Part shown: piece after piece, positions 1 through 10,362 of the stretch | How the letters are laid out: each line of letters opens with the position of its first letter | Position numbering within the stretch: position 1 is the first letter of the stretch | DNA from: Chromera velia | Lineage: Eukaryota | Direction: 5' to 3' | Assembly (NCBI GenBank): GCA_018398765.1 | Contig: JAHBMJ010000234.1 | Coordinates: 113,538-133,537 of the forward strand | DNA: 20,000 bases | Program-made: the position numbers and the translations under genes | The notes under the pieces: model-generated | Database searches by the model: none | Told to the model about the DNA's origin: nothing | What the model saw: the letters and a program-made list of their open reading frames with translations, nothing else

Positions 1-854
1 TCTTTCGAACGTTTAAAGCAGGGTCCATCCGGAGTAGGAAGCATGGCAGGTAGCGCGGGCTCCTGCATGCTAGATGTCTTCGGTTTTCTGCGTGTGGGGC
101 GGGGCTACATCTGGAGGCAGATGGGCTGTGTGTCCCATGCGTTCGTTAGTATAAGTAGGCATGGGCTGGGGGCTTGTGTTCTTCTGTGCTATTCCTTTCA
201 CTTTTCCTGGTGTGGTTTCGTTTTTATCCCATTCTTCCAGCCAGGTTGGCTGGTATCCATTTCTCTGTATGCCCTGCACACGCGTGAGCCCGGTGTGCTC
301 TCACTTATTAAAGGATAATAAATAATGTCTGGAGAGGACGGCACGTGAGAGCATGAGAAAAAAGAATGAGGAGAGAAGAGCTCAACGATACATGAGTAAT
401 TCTTTTGTAATTGTACAACAGGAAAAGAGGAAAAGGAAAAATTGGGGAGCCGGATGATTAAAGAACGGTCTTTTCTCATGCTTCCCGATTCCCCCTCGTC
501 AGAGGGGTATGTGTTGTGCTGCATGCTCTATAGTCTTTTCTTGGGGGCTCGGGAGGGGGTGTGTGAAAGTAAACGACGTTCCCGTTCCTGGTCGGATTCG
601 CGGAGGGTGAATTCCGGTCCCGGCATTTCCATTCGTCCCTTCGCCCCGAGCCAGAGAAAGGAGCGACGCGTACGCAGCGGCCCGTCTACATGGGGTGGTG
701 GGGCACTTGCGATAGAGGAGTGCATGTTGTGAGTTCCATGGTATGGCACGCATGCACTTTGGCGTTAGAAATACACCCGAGGCACTCACCGTGGTGGTGT
801 GTGCTCTGGGGCTTCATATAGGAATCTCAAGAGGGGTGAGACTCTACTTTTCAC

Positions 855-1089
855 TGTAAGAAGACGTTGAAACAATAGAAAAAGAACTATAAAACAGATT
901 TTTTATATCATTTCTAGAAATATAGGCTGCCATACAAATTTTACAAGTTTTATACCGTTTTTTTAACTATTTAAAACCGTTAAAAATGGCCTTAAAATCA
1001 AAAAATTTGTATGATAGCCTATGTTTCTAGAAATGATATAAAAAATCTGTTGGAGAGTTCTTTTTCTATTGTTACAACGTCTTCTTACA
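855..1089. repeat. Long inverted repeat (88-bp arms, 59-bp spacer), likely the core of a foldback or MITE-like element
   Basis: 855-942 matches the reverse complement of 1002-1089 with about 7 mismatches by manual count. Weaker symmetry extends to about 830 and 1112. Confidence 0.9.
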
Positions 1090-1377
1090 CAAAGTTTCAG
1101 CTTCTAACTCCTTACCAATTATGAAAACGAGTTTTTTGTGGAAATGCGCCGCTTAGCGCCGCTTTAGGGGGGCAAAAAGCACCCCACTCACCCCTGGCAT
1201 GCATTTATTTTTTATTAAATTTTATTTTTTTTATATTTGAATTAATTCGTTCTATTGTTTGACATAAAATTTATTAGAGTTATATTTATAAGTTTAAAGC
1301 TGTCAAATTAAAACACACATAAAAGTTTTTTTTTGTACCTCCCTGACACTATACGAGCCACTTGAAAGCAGAACATT

Positions 1378-1445
1378 CAAGTTTATCTGTATCAGCGGCA
1401 CGGCTGATCAAGTTCATCCGTACTTGCAGTGCGGCCGATCAAGTC
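1378..1445. repeat. 31-bp tandem repeat, about 2.2 copies, related to the 33-bp array
   Basis: CAAGT recurs at 1378, 1409 and 1440. The second unit shares TCCGTACTTGC with the first 33-bp unit. Confidence 0.7.
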
Positions 1446-1610
1446 GTTCTCAAAAGCGACTCAGAATATTGCCTTTAGCAGCCCCGTGGGCCATGTAAGA
1501 TGATCAAAGGATGCCATCGATACGTTGTGTTGCAAACCGTCATAACTTGAAGTATATTATCTTGAGATTAAGTTCAGATCTTCAAATTGAACTCAGATTG
1601 AAGACATATA

Positions 1611-1738
1611 TAGTCCGTACTTGCGGCATAGACTTTCAAAATATAGTCCGCGTATATGGCATAGATTTTTAAGACATAGTCCACGCCTGCGGCGCAGACT
1701 TTCAAGACATAGTCCGCGCCTGCAGCATGGACTTTCAG
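1611..1738. repeat. 33-bp tandem repeat, about 4 diverged copies (consensus about TAGTCCGCGCCTGCGGCATAGACTTTCAAGACA)
   Basis: TAGTCC recurs at 1611, 1644, 1677 and 1710, an exact 33-bp period. Confidence 0.9.
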
Positions 1739-3725
1739 GTCTATCCACCAGAGCGAAAAAAATTTGAAGTGGCTTATAGTATCTGAGAGATATTTTTTTG
1801 TAGCCTAGCTAAAAACACACCGAAGCACATTGACGCAACTCTTTTTTAAATAACTATCCTGGCAATTAAATAAAGGACTTCAGTCTATATCTCTTTTTTA
1901 CTGTTCATTTTTATGCACCTCTTTGTCCATCTTTAATAAAATCCCATTCAGACATAACGGCACATCCTTGCATATATTCAATGATTTGTGTCATCAGCTC
2001 CTTTATCTTTGGACAGAGCACACTAACTGCATTGCATACACAGGTACGATGTCGCACAACCAACAGGTTTGGCTGATCAAAAACATAGCACACCTCGGAG
2101 ACTGAGTCGGAGTCTACCAGAGGTGTACCACTTGTTTGCTGTTCAGCAAAGACGAGAACAGTGGTCTTGGTGGCAGCTCCCACAGCTGCATAGTCTCCCA
2201 ATTCCCACTTGTATCTGAAATAGGAAAAGACATCAAAAAACATCTCTGACCACTTCTTTTAAACAGGAAGATGTTTCACTTCGGCAGTCGCTAAAGACGC
2301 AAAACATAAAGACTGGAAGATTTGATCACTTCGAGCACCTCTTTATAAAAGGGGAACAGAATCAGCATCCTTTGTATTGTTGGTTCAGGATGCTGATAAA
2401 ACAAAGTTTGAAAACATCTTGGGAGTGGCATAAAGAAGAAATCAGGCCGTAGTTGGAGGATGGATGGAGGTGTGTCTCTCTGTTCTGCAAATTCTCGAAA
2501 AAGCGCCAGACAAATGTTGAGTCGTATAAAGAATTAAAATCAGATATTTTTTAACTTTCATTCAACTGATATTAAAAAATATGTTAGCGTGTTATAGTAT
2601 ATGTTTTTTTTTTTTGGCTAATTTGGTGCTCAAAAATTAGTAAAAAAATTATTTGAATTTTTGGTAGGGTTTTCATGGTATCTGGTGCACGGAATCGTTA
2701 ACCCCCCCCCCCTTAAACACCAAATAAAACAAATATTATTTATGGTCATTTTAAACATATTTTATTTATTGGTTTTTTATTTTATTTATCATGCTCCACG
2801 CCTAGTATTACAGAGACACACCCGACCTTAGGTAATTGAGGGTTTCATACCTTAGGTGAATGCCTATGAATGCCTCATTGGGTATTCAAGCAGGCATGCA
2901 GCGGTATTTGAAATCTTGGAGCCTAGCACTCTGACTGGGGTGTCAGGGCTTAGGGCCTTGGTTCTTGTTTAGATCTGTGCACCCCCGCGGCAGGGTTTTT
3001 GTGTCACGGAGTTTATCCAAGTCCAGGCTCAGAAACCATCACGCACCGCGAGCTTTTATCCGTACATGCAGCATCGTAAAGAGGAAGGGCGGGGGGGGGC
3101 TCCCGGAGCCCGCATAGCTGCCCGGGGAGCCTCTCCCTCAAGAAAAGCCCTCAAGGGTATCCTCCATACAAATGGATACCTTTTTACTGAGCCCGGGCAT
3201 GTCACTAGAACCTGTGGAAGTGGCATCCTGCATTTGGTATAGTTTGGCATCCTAACTAACGATCGCACTGCTGGGGGGGTCGCAGCAATTCAGGCCCCTT
3301 ACGACGATGGGAGTGAACACTAAGTGACTCAAGACTAGACAAAAGGCTTAGACTTCTCAGATTTATACCCGAGCTGCTCTCCGAGGATGCACAAACTTTA
3401 ATTCTCACATGCATTCTAGCCTTCGCGCACAAATGCGCGCGATGACACACCGTTTTTTTCACCTTTTGCTTATATAATTGTTCGACCTCTTTGCTTCAAT
3501 CCATTGTAAGCTCGCATTAAATGGCTTCGCCTGGCATCAATCATCAAAGAGCCGCAATTCAGAGTGCATCTGACACTATTTCCTTATTTGGTACTTGGAC
3601 GCAAACAGAGGGACTCATACACCAGCCTGCTTAGCGCTCTCCGCATGCATGCGCTTTGTACACTTGCACCATACCGATACAGACGTCGGCCTGCTGTTGT
3701 CCAGTCAATTGGGTAGTTCCACACA

Positions 3726-5541
3726 ATGAAATTTGGACAGTGTCTCCCTTTCTTTCTCTTGATCCTTCTGTTGCCGATCCACCCCCACCAGAGGTCTCTC
3801 CTTGTCTGCGTAGACGGGGCCTCAACGTCATGTAGTGCGGACGGGAAGTGCTGGGAGGATAACAGTTGCTCCACGTCAACATCAGGATGCCACGACAACT
3901 GCTGTCCCTCCGGGGGATCCTACGGGTTCAAATCCTTCACCTCGAACGGTGTCACGACTTCGGGCACAGGTTGCTGGAGTGGGTCTGCGTTGGTCGATCA
4001 GGACTGCTCTCAGATGGTGGAGATCGAACAGGAAGAAGATAAAACGCAAACGACCTGCCCAACATTTGACAGCTACTCTTCCTGTTCGGATGCTGCGAGT
4101 GGTACTGGATGTTCGTGCATTGAGTGCAACTCGGAGAACGGAGAAGGGTCATTCAAGTGCACATACTCTAGCTCGGGTCTGGAATGTGAGGGGACGATTG
4201 AGCAGACACAAGAGTCGACAACACTGCAAACGATTTGTCTTGTTCTGGGCAACACATTTTTGGGCGTTGTGTTTTGGCTCTCTGGTGTCTGGATTGACTG
4301 GCGAAAGAGGGACGCGAAGTTTCAGAACGTTGGGTTCTGCAGTGCTCTGGGGAAGGAGGTGTGCAGGTTTCTTTGTGGAAGGGGCTGCAGACAGGTCAGG
4401 CAGTGCATGCCTTCAGCTTTGCGTTTTGTATCGCCAACATGTTTGCCATGGGATTTTCACCACGTAAGGAGATGAACCGATGCATAAACATAACAGGTGA
4501 CTTTATGAACATAAAAATGTGCGTAGATTGGTCACAGTAATCATTTCTAAGCGGAAATTCACCAATTCTGCAGGTGAGGAAGTGGGCGTTAAACTTCGCG
4601 TTTGAGACTTTTGGAGATGCGACGGGGTTGGACGAATTGATGGAGGACGCGGAAGACGAAGTGGATTTTGAGGGGTCAAATGAGAATGAAAATGAGAAGG
4701 ATGAAGAAAAGGGAGAAGAAAGCAATGAGGAGGAGGAAGAAGAGGGGAGAGAGGGAGAAGAGAAGGAGAGGCTTCCTCTTGAAAGAGAGTTCTGTCCTTC
4801 CTTGGTGGCCCAAAGTCCTCTGTTGAATTCTATCGGGTGCTGCTGCGTGTCTGACAGCTCATTCTTTTTGTGGCAGGCGAGAACCAGGCTCCTCTTCTCT
4901 CTTTGTGTGGCGGCATCCCTTGCGGTCACTTTTGGAACCGAGGTCGGTCGGTTGGTCGCTTGGTCGGTCGGCCTGTCTGATAGAATGCGTATTGACACAC
5001 GAGCATCCGCACTCTCATCTTTGTCTCTGCCCTTTCTCAAGCGAATGAAAACCAAAAGGGTGGTACCAGCCTCTAAACATGAATGGAACTCGTAATAATG
5101 AGCAAGACACACGAGGTGCTTCTTCTGCAGGTCTGCCAGTCCAGCGAGTCATTGACCAAATGCTCCACCGGGAATTCTTCCAGTTCCTCTTCTTCCACCA
5201 GCTCGACCTGTGGAAATCCATTTGCAAGTCAGTCAGTCAGTCAGTCAGTCAGGCAGGCAGGCAGGCAGTCAGTGGTGGCTTTTTTTTGTGAGAGCATTTG
5301 GGAATTCAATTTGCCTTGGATTCTTCTCCTTGATTTTGTTTTTACGGCAACAATTGCGTTGCGAGGCCATCTTTCTTCTCCCTTGTTCCTCTTCTTGTAT
5401 TTTAGAACTTTGTTGGTTCCTTTCTTTGCTTGGTTGTTTGTTTGCCTGTCTGTCTGTCTGCTTTCTTTCTGTCTTTCTTTCTTCCTTCCTTCCTTCCTTC
5501 CTTCCTTCTTTCCTTCCCTTTTCTTTTTTCTTATTTTTTCT

Positions 5542-5588
<47 letters not shown>

Positions 5589-5589
5589 C

Positions 5590-5620
<31 letters not shown>

Positions 5621-5673
5621 GGCTGTCTGTCTTTCTTTCGTCCCTTCCTTCCTTCTTTCTTTCTTTCTTTCTT

Positions 5674-5708
<35 letters not shown>

Positions 5709-5721
5709 GTCTGTCTGTCTG

Positions 5722-5752
<31 letters not shown>

Positions 5753-7212
5753 GTCTTTCTTTCTTTCTTTCTGTCTTTCTTTCTGTCTGTCTTTTTTCTT
5801 CTTGTTTTCTGCCTTCCTTGGTTCTATCTACTTAACAATTTCTGCCTTTCATCTTTTCGCTGTTGGTCTTTCCTGGCTAGATACACGTTCCACTGTGTGC
5901 ATTCTTTCGGACTGAGCCGCTTGCACTTGAGAATGCAGTGATACGCTTCTTTCTTGCTTCATGCTCTCCTCGTCATTGAGAGAAGGCGCCCCTATACATT
6001 GTGTTGCAAGGAGGAAATGTCATGTGCGGCTGGAAGAAGCCGAAATGCAGATCGACTGAAAGAACTCAGAAGCTTTGCACGCGCTGAATGCAGGCGGAGG
6101 GACCCCCGACACTTCGAGTCTCGGCACTGCCCTCGGGTTCTCTGTCCTGACGGCCGTGCTGTTGTTCTTTCCCAAACAGGGCGCACGGAGGCTTCAACAA
6201 GCAAGAGGCCCTCTCGTGTGTGTGGGAAAGGGAAAGGGCAGAGAGAAACCAGAGGGGGCCAAACCGAATTCCGTGGAATTCAAAAAATGGAGAGGCCGCT
6301 GCGCTTCTCTGAGGGATGTCCTGATCCTTCTCGGAGGGGGGGCGAGTGTTGCTGCAGCAGTTCTTTTCGGAACGATTGCGGAAGAGGATATCCCCTTTGT
6401 GGTCAGTGAGAGAAAAAAAGTAGACGTCTCCTTTTTGCTCATACACTGGAAAGAATCTGGCGTCTTTTCATGTTCGTATTTGAGGATGGATTTCTCCTCC
6501 TGCTTTGTCTCTGCCCCTCTCTTTCTATTTGCGCGAGCGCGCGCGAGCATGAGTGTGCGTGTGTGTGTGTGCGTGTGTGTGTACAAGTGTATTTTGGCAT
6601 ACACTGGAAACGGGGATCGAGCTTTCATAGCGAGGACGTGAGTCTTGTGAGTGTTTGTGGGTGCACTTGGATGTGTCTGTGTGTGATCGAGTGTGCATGC
6701 AGATAACGATCGTTGTGGTGGCTGAGGTCTCCTCGACCTGTGCCTCTTTTCTGATTTGGGGCCTGTACTACTTTATGATGCGCACGTGGCTCAGACGACC
6801 AGAGAACAAAAGAAAAGCGCGCAAGCTCCTCAAAAAGATCAGAAAACACGGACCCGACGAGTTCAAAGAAGCAGCAGGGCAGGCAGAGAATCTCATGAAA
6901 ATTGCAAGCCACCCCCCAGTAGAAGAACGAGAAGAGGGAGAGGGGAACGCGGGCTTCTATGCAACTGTGGAAAAAGAGAAGGAGAAAAAACCTGCAGTCA
7001 CCTTTCAGATGGATAACACGCACGAGAAGCCGAACGCAAATACAAAAGGAGACGGCGGTCGTGTGACCTTCTCGGTAGCGGCAGACGACCAGATATGGGA
7101 CTCCGACAGCTTATGCGGCTCAGAGGCGGTGGAGGGAGTAGGACCGCCGAGCCCTCCGCCGCCACGTTTTGAAAGCCATGGGGCGTCGGGCAGGCTGCAG
7201 ACGAGAGATTAA
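3726..7212 (+). CDS. Cys-rich ectodomain, multi-pass (about 5 TM) membrane protein, 650 aa; exons 3726-4394, 4574-4942, 5131-5227, 6094-6401, 6703-7212
   Basis: All four introns are GT-AG (donors gtcagg, gtcggt, gtcagt, gtcagt; acceptors all tgcag) with matching phases 0,0,1,0. The joined length is 1953 nt, i.e. 650 codons plus TAA, with no internal stop. The protein has a hydrophobic N-terminal signal (MKFGQCLPFFLLILLLP), about 15 Cys in a Ser/Thr/Gly-rich ectodomain, and hydrophobic segments TICLVLGNTFLGVVFWLSGVWI, LLFSLCVAASLAVTF, LGTALGFSVLTAVLLFF, VLILLGGGASVAAAVLFG and IPFVITIVVVAEVSSTCASFLIWGLYYF. An acidic loop follows TM1 and a basic patch follows the last TM. Confidence 0.85.
5430..5820. 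repeat. Compound tetranucleotide microsatellite (TTTC/TCTG/TTCC)n in intron 3 of the membrane-protein gene
   Basis: Directly visible; it explains the spurious F/L/S-rich ORFs. Confidence 0.95.
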
Positions 7213-7384
7213 TTTGTTATGAAAAGCTGCTTATACCCATACATTCCCACCTTTGTTGCGTCCCTACTGCTCCTCACTCTCTATCCTGGGCTTTTGCGAC
7301 ACGATTGTATTGTTTTCTTCCTGTACAGTTTCGTTACTTTAGGTAGACTTTGAGTCACAATGCGAGCTCGTGCAGTTTCAAGTC

Positions 7385-8260
7385 ATAGCTATAATTGAAA
7401 AGACACATTTAATAATTTTCATATGATTTTTTAGACCGCTAAAATTTTTACAGAGAACGTCAGAAAATCAAAACCAAAAGTTTTAAGTTTAGAATTGGAT
7501 GACTAAGAATATTTAAGTAGTAAAGTGTATTGAAATTTTAAATTCTACCTGGCTTTAATTTGCATGGATTTTAAAAAATTGAATTGGGTTGAATTATATG
7601 CAGGAACAGTATAAATTCTAGAATATACTAAATAAATGGATTGCTTGATCCGAGTTGATCATAAACTTTCTGTACGTATGTTTATCGTCTAAATGATTTT
7701 TATGATGAGCTTTACAATAGATTACATGCATAGATTTGTCGGGAGACCTGACACTGAGGCTGGCAAGGGTTAAAACATATTTATTAAAACAAAAGTTTTT
7801 GTTCAAATTGTCTTTTTTTTTTATCATCATCATCATATACGCCATCATACGCCACAGGCGTCTAGCGTTCGGTGGCAATGCACGAGGCAGTTTGGGTCTT
7901 TATATCAACTAACTTATCAAATAATACCTTGAATGTGTATCATATATGTATCAGTTTGTCAGTTGGACCTGAATTGGTATATCAATTAAATTAGCAATTA
8001 AACTAGCTCCCATCTCTAAACTCTAATTAATTTAAACAATTTTTATTAGTTCACAAAGCTTAACTAAAACTAACGAACTTAAATGCTAGCAAAAACGTCA
8101 ATCATAAAAAAAAAACTTTTCAATCGACTTTACCTCATTGCAACTCCAGTTAAGTTTTGTCATAAGTTTTGATTTTAACCAAAATTCTGGAATCTGCTAC
8201 GGAATGTCCCTATGTTCAGACTTGAATAAACGTATAGGAACATGTGAGTCCATTGACCAT
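7385..8260. other. AT-rich non-coding island, probably nested transposon remnants
   Basis: GC drops sharply after the 3726-7212 gene. The island contains a piggyBac-style end AAGGG|TTAA (7765-7773) and an (ATC)n tract at about 7823-7835. No credible ORF is present. Confidence 0.45.
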
Positions 8261-8264
8261 ATGA

Positions 8265-8405
8265 TGTATGTGTGTGTGTGTGTGTATGTATGTGTGAGAG
8301 AGAGAGAGAAAGAGAGAAAGAGAGAAAGAGAGAGAGAGGGAGGGAGAGAGGGAGAGGGAAGGAGAGAGGGAGAAAGGAAGGGAGGGAGGGAGGGAGAGAG
8401 GGAGA

Positions 8406-8449
<44 letters not shown>

Positions 8450-8636
8450 CAAAGACAGAGACAGAGACAGAAACAGAGACAGAGACAGAGACAGAGATAG
8501 AGACAGACTCGGAGGCAGAAACAGAGACAGAGATAGAGACAGAAACAGAAACAGAAACACAAACAAAGACAGACAGACAGACAGACAAACAACCAGACAG
8601 ACAAACAGAAAGACACAGAGATAGAGACAGAGAGGG
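8265..8636. repeat. Compound microsatellite (TG)n-(AG/AGGG)n-(AGAGAC)n-(AGAC)n
   Basis: Directly visible. Confidence 0.95.
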
Positions 8637-9760
8637 GCCGGGAGTCTGAGAGCGAAAATGACTCAGATTGAAACGGGCAGGTACGCCTTACTGGTTCAAT
8701 ATGCTTCTACAATTTTTGATATCTACCCCCCCTGCCATACGAAGCTTCGCAGACCGGAGCTTGGGTTAACTCATCTCCTTTTAAATTCTCATATGTCTAC
8801 CAAGCCTAGCTATCAAACACATGAGGGAGGTCCAGAACTATTCCCCGGAATAAAAGAGTCACACAGGCTTTTATGAGAGAAACACCTGAGACCAAAAGGA
8901 TTCGGAAGGAAAAAAAGAATGAAGGTGAGAAACAGCCACAGAATCAAACATGAAATGTGCAAGACAAACCAGCCGCACTGCCAACCTTGTTGACAATGTG
9001 CTGTTTTCCTGCTCCCAAGCTACTCCCAAGCTGCAGAAGTAGCATAACAGAACACGGGAAACGGAAGTGACGAAGACTAACAACAAGAAGCTTTCCGGTT
9101 TTCTCCTTAATTCGAACCCCCTTTCACCGTCCCGGATCAATATAGCACAGCAGTCCATGTATTTAAAATTCGTTTTATTGCACGATCGCAAAGCGCTCGG
9201 GTGAAGTCAGGAAGGAAAATGAGAAACTGAAAATGAATGATGCAGATCTTTATACTTTGTGCATCACCAAGTCGATGATCAGCCAAGTCAAACGTTCAGT
9301 CAGGCAGTCAGTCACCAAGCAATGCACCCACTCACTCAATCGATCATACAGGAGACATGCACTCTCTCGAGTACCTTTTGTTTTAAATTTGTCTCAATGC
9401 ATGAGCTCATGAGTGCTTACGTCGATGCTCGACCCGACCTATTCGATGATCAGCTAAGTCACATGATCAGTCAGCTCAGACCATGCTTTTCCATTCATAT
9501 TACACTCAATTTTCCATTCACATAGACCACAATACAAACTAGCTGCATGGCTTTGTCGTCCAGCGTGAAAGCTGTACATATCTTGCTGTCTGTTCGTTTA
9601 ATAGATTCCGAAGGAGGCTCAGCCCGACCGAAAAGAACAGTTGCAGCAGAGACAAACAGACAGACTTATATCTTGCTACCGACACGAAAGGCATTGCCAC
9701 TGGCCGGTTCTATATGCATCGTAGCAAAAGACGGCAGTGCTCTGGGATGGGAGTACTCAT

Positions 9761-10362
9761 TGATAGGTACTCTATTTTGGGATTCTTGTAGCTGCCCTGT
9801 TCTTGCCTGCTGGGCTTTCTATCAATTTGTCAGAAGTCTGTACTCATGGAGGTGCAGCTCTGTGAGTTGAGTCTCTGAGGATAGTAAGTGATAAATGGGT
9901 GGCTGCACAAGTGAATATGCATGCGTGTGATTAAGACTACTGAGATGTTTGGACACGCCTGTCCACTGACCATAGCTCTTCCTGTTGGGTCTTCATCGTT
10001 GTCTGCGGGCTTCTCTTTAGTCCTTGTAGGATTCCTGCTCAAATGGTGCCAGCATGAAGGGGCGACGACATGAAGATAAAATAGTATACTCTGACTTGTA
10101 TGTACTTGTATATGACGGAGAGCAAGAGACTCTATTCAAACGAGCAGAAAGATTAAGGAAAAACTCTTGACAGAAATTACCTAGAGGAAATTCGATCTTC
10201 CACTCTGTTCAGTTGTTAGCACTAACTGATAGGTACTCTATTTTGAGATTGTTGCAGCTGCTTTGTTCTCAAGAAGGAAAAAAGCCAAGAAGCATCACAG
10301 GATCGATCATGGAATGTGCAAGACAAAAGGGCCCGGCCCAGAGTCTCTGAGGATAGCAAGTG
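9761..10362. repeat. Diverged direct duplication of about 130 bp (9761-9890 vs 10227-10362) within the pseudogene
   Basis: Shared blocks TGATAGGTACTCTATTTTG.GATT.TTG.AGCTGC..TGTTCT (9761/10227) and GAGTCTCTGAGGATAG.AAGTG (9869/10341), plus a middle TCATGGA..GTGCA block. Confidence 0.85.

Larger units (their letters stand above)
1341..1787. mobile_element. Non-autonomous TIR element (about 450 bp) with internal 31-bp and 33-bp tandem repeats, possibly CMC/EnSpm-like
   Basis: The left end CCCTGACACTATACGAGCCACTTGAAA (1341-1367) aligns to the reverse complement of 1763-1787, CTCAGATACTATA--AGCCACTTCAAA (21/27). Tandem arrays lie between the ends. No clean TSD is visible. Confidence 0.65.

Noticed and set aside
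1..820. - strand gene using donor 789 (gtgagt) and acceptor 274 (tgcag)
   Set aside because: The splice-like sites are present, but no joined frame gives a long or recognisable product. It could be UTR or a decayed gene.
1611..1738. 33-bp repeats as a CRISPR array or an 11-aa coding repeat
   Set aside because: The units are contiguous with no unique spacers, there are no cas genes, and the context is eukaryotic. The apparent acceptor upstream on the - strand coincides with the element's TIR.
3000..3450. LINE ORF2 C-terminal remnant on the + strand
   Set aside because: Some protein-like stretches exist (RLRLLRFIPELLSEDAQTLIL), but there is no diagnostic motif, tail or TSD.
5083..5941. Long hydrophobic ORFs (250, 243 and 161 aa)
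   Set aside because: They are translations of stop-free tetranucleotide microsatellite. Only 5131-5227 is exonic.
8138..8649. RE/ET/SL-repeat ORFs on both strands
   Set aside because: Microsatellite artefacts.
8871..9200. Further 3' exon of the pseudogene or an independent 106-aa ORF
   Set aside because: No convincing donor links to it, and no frame is recognisable.
9272..9461. 19-bp direct repeat TCGATGATCAGCYAAGTCA (9272 and 9443)
   Set aside because: It lies in low-complexity (TCAG/TCAA)-rich sequence with no TIR or TSD logic, and is likely a local slippage product.
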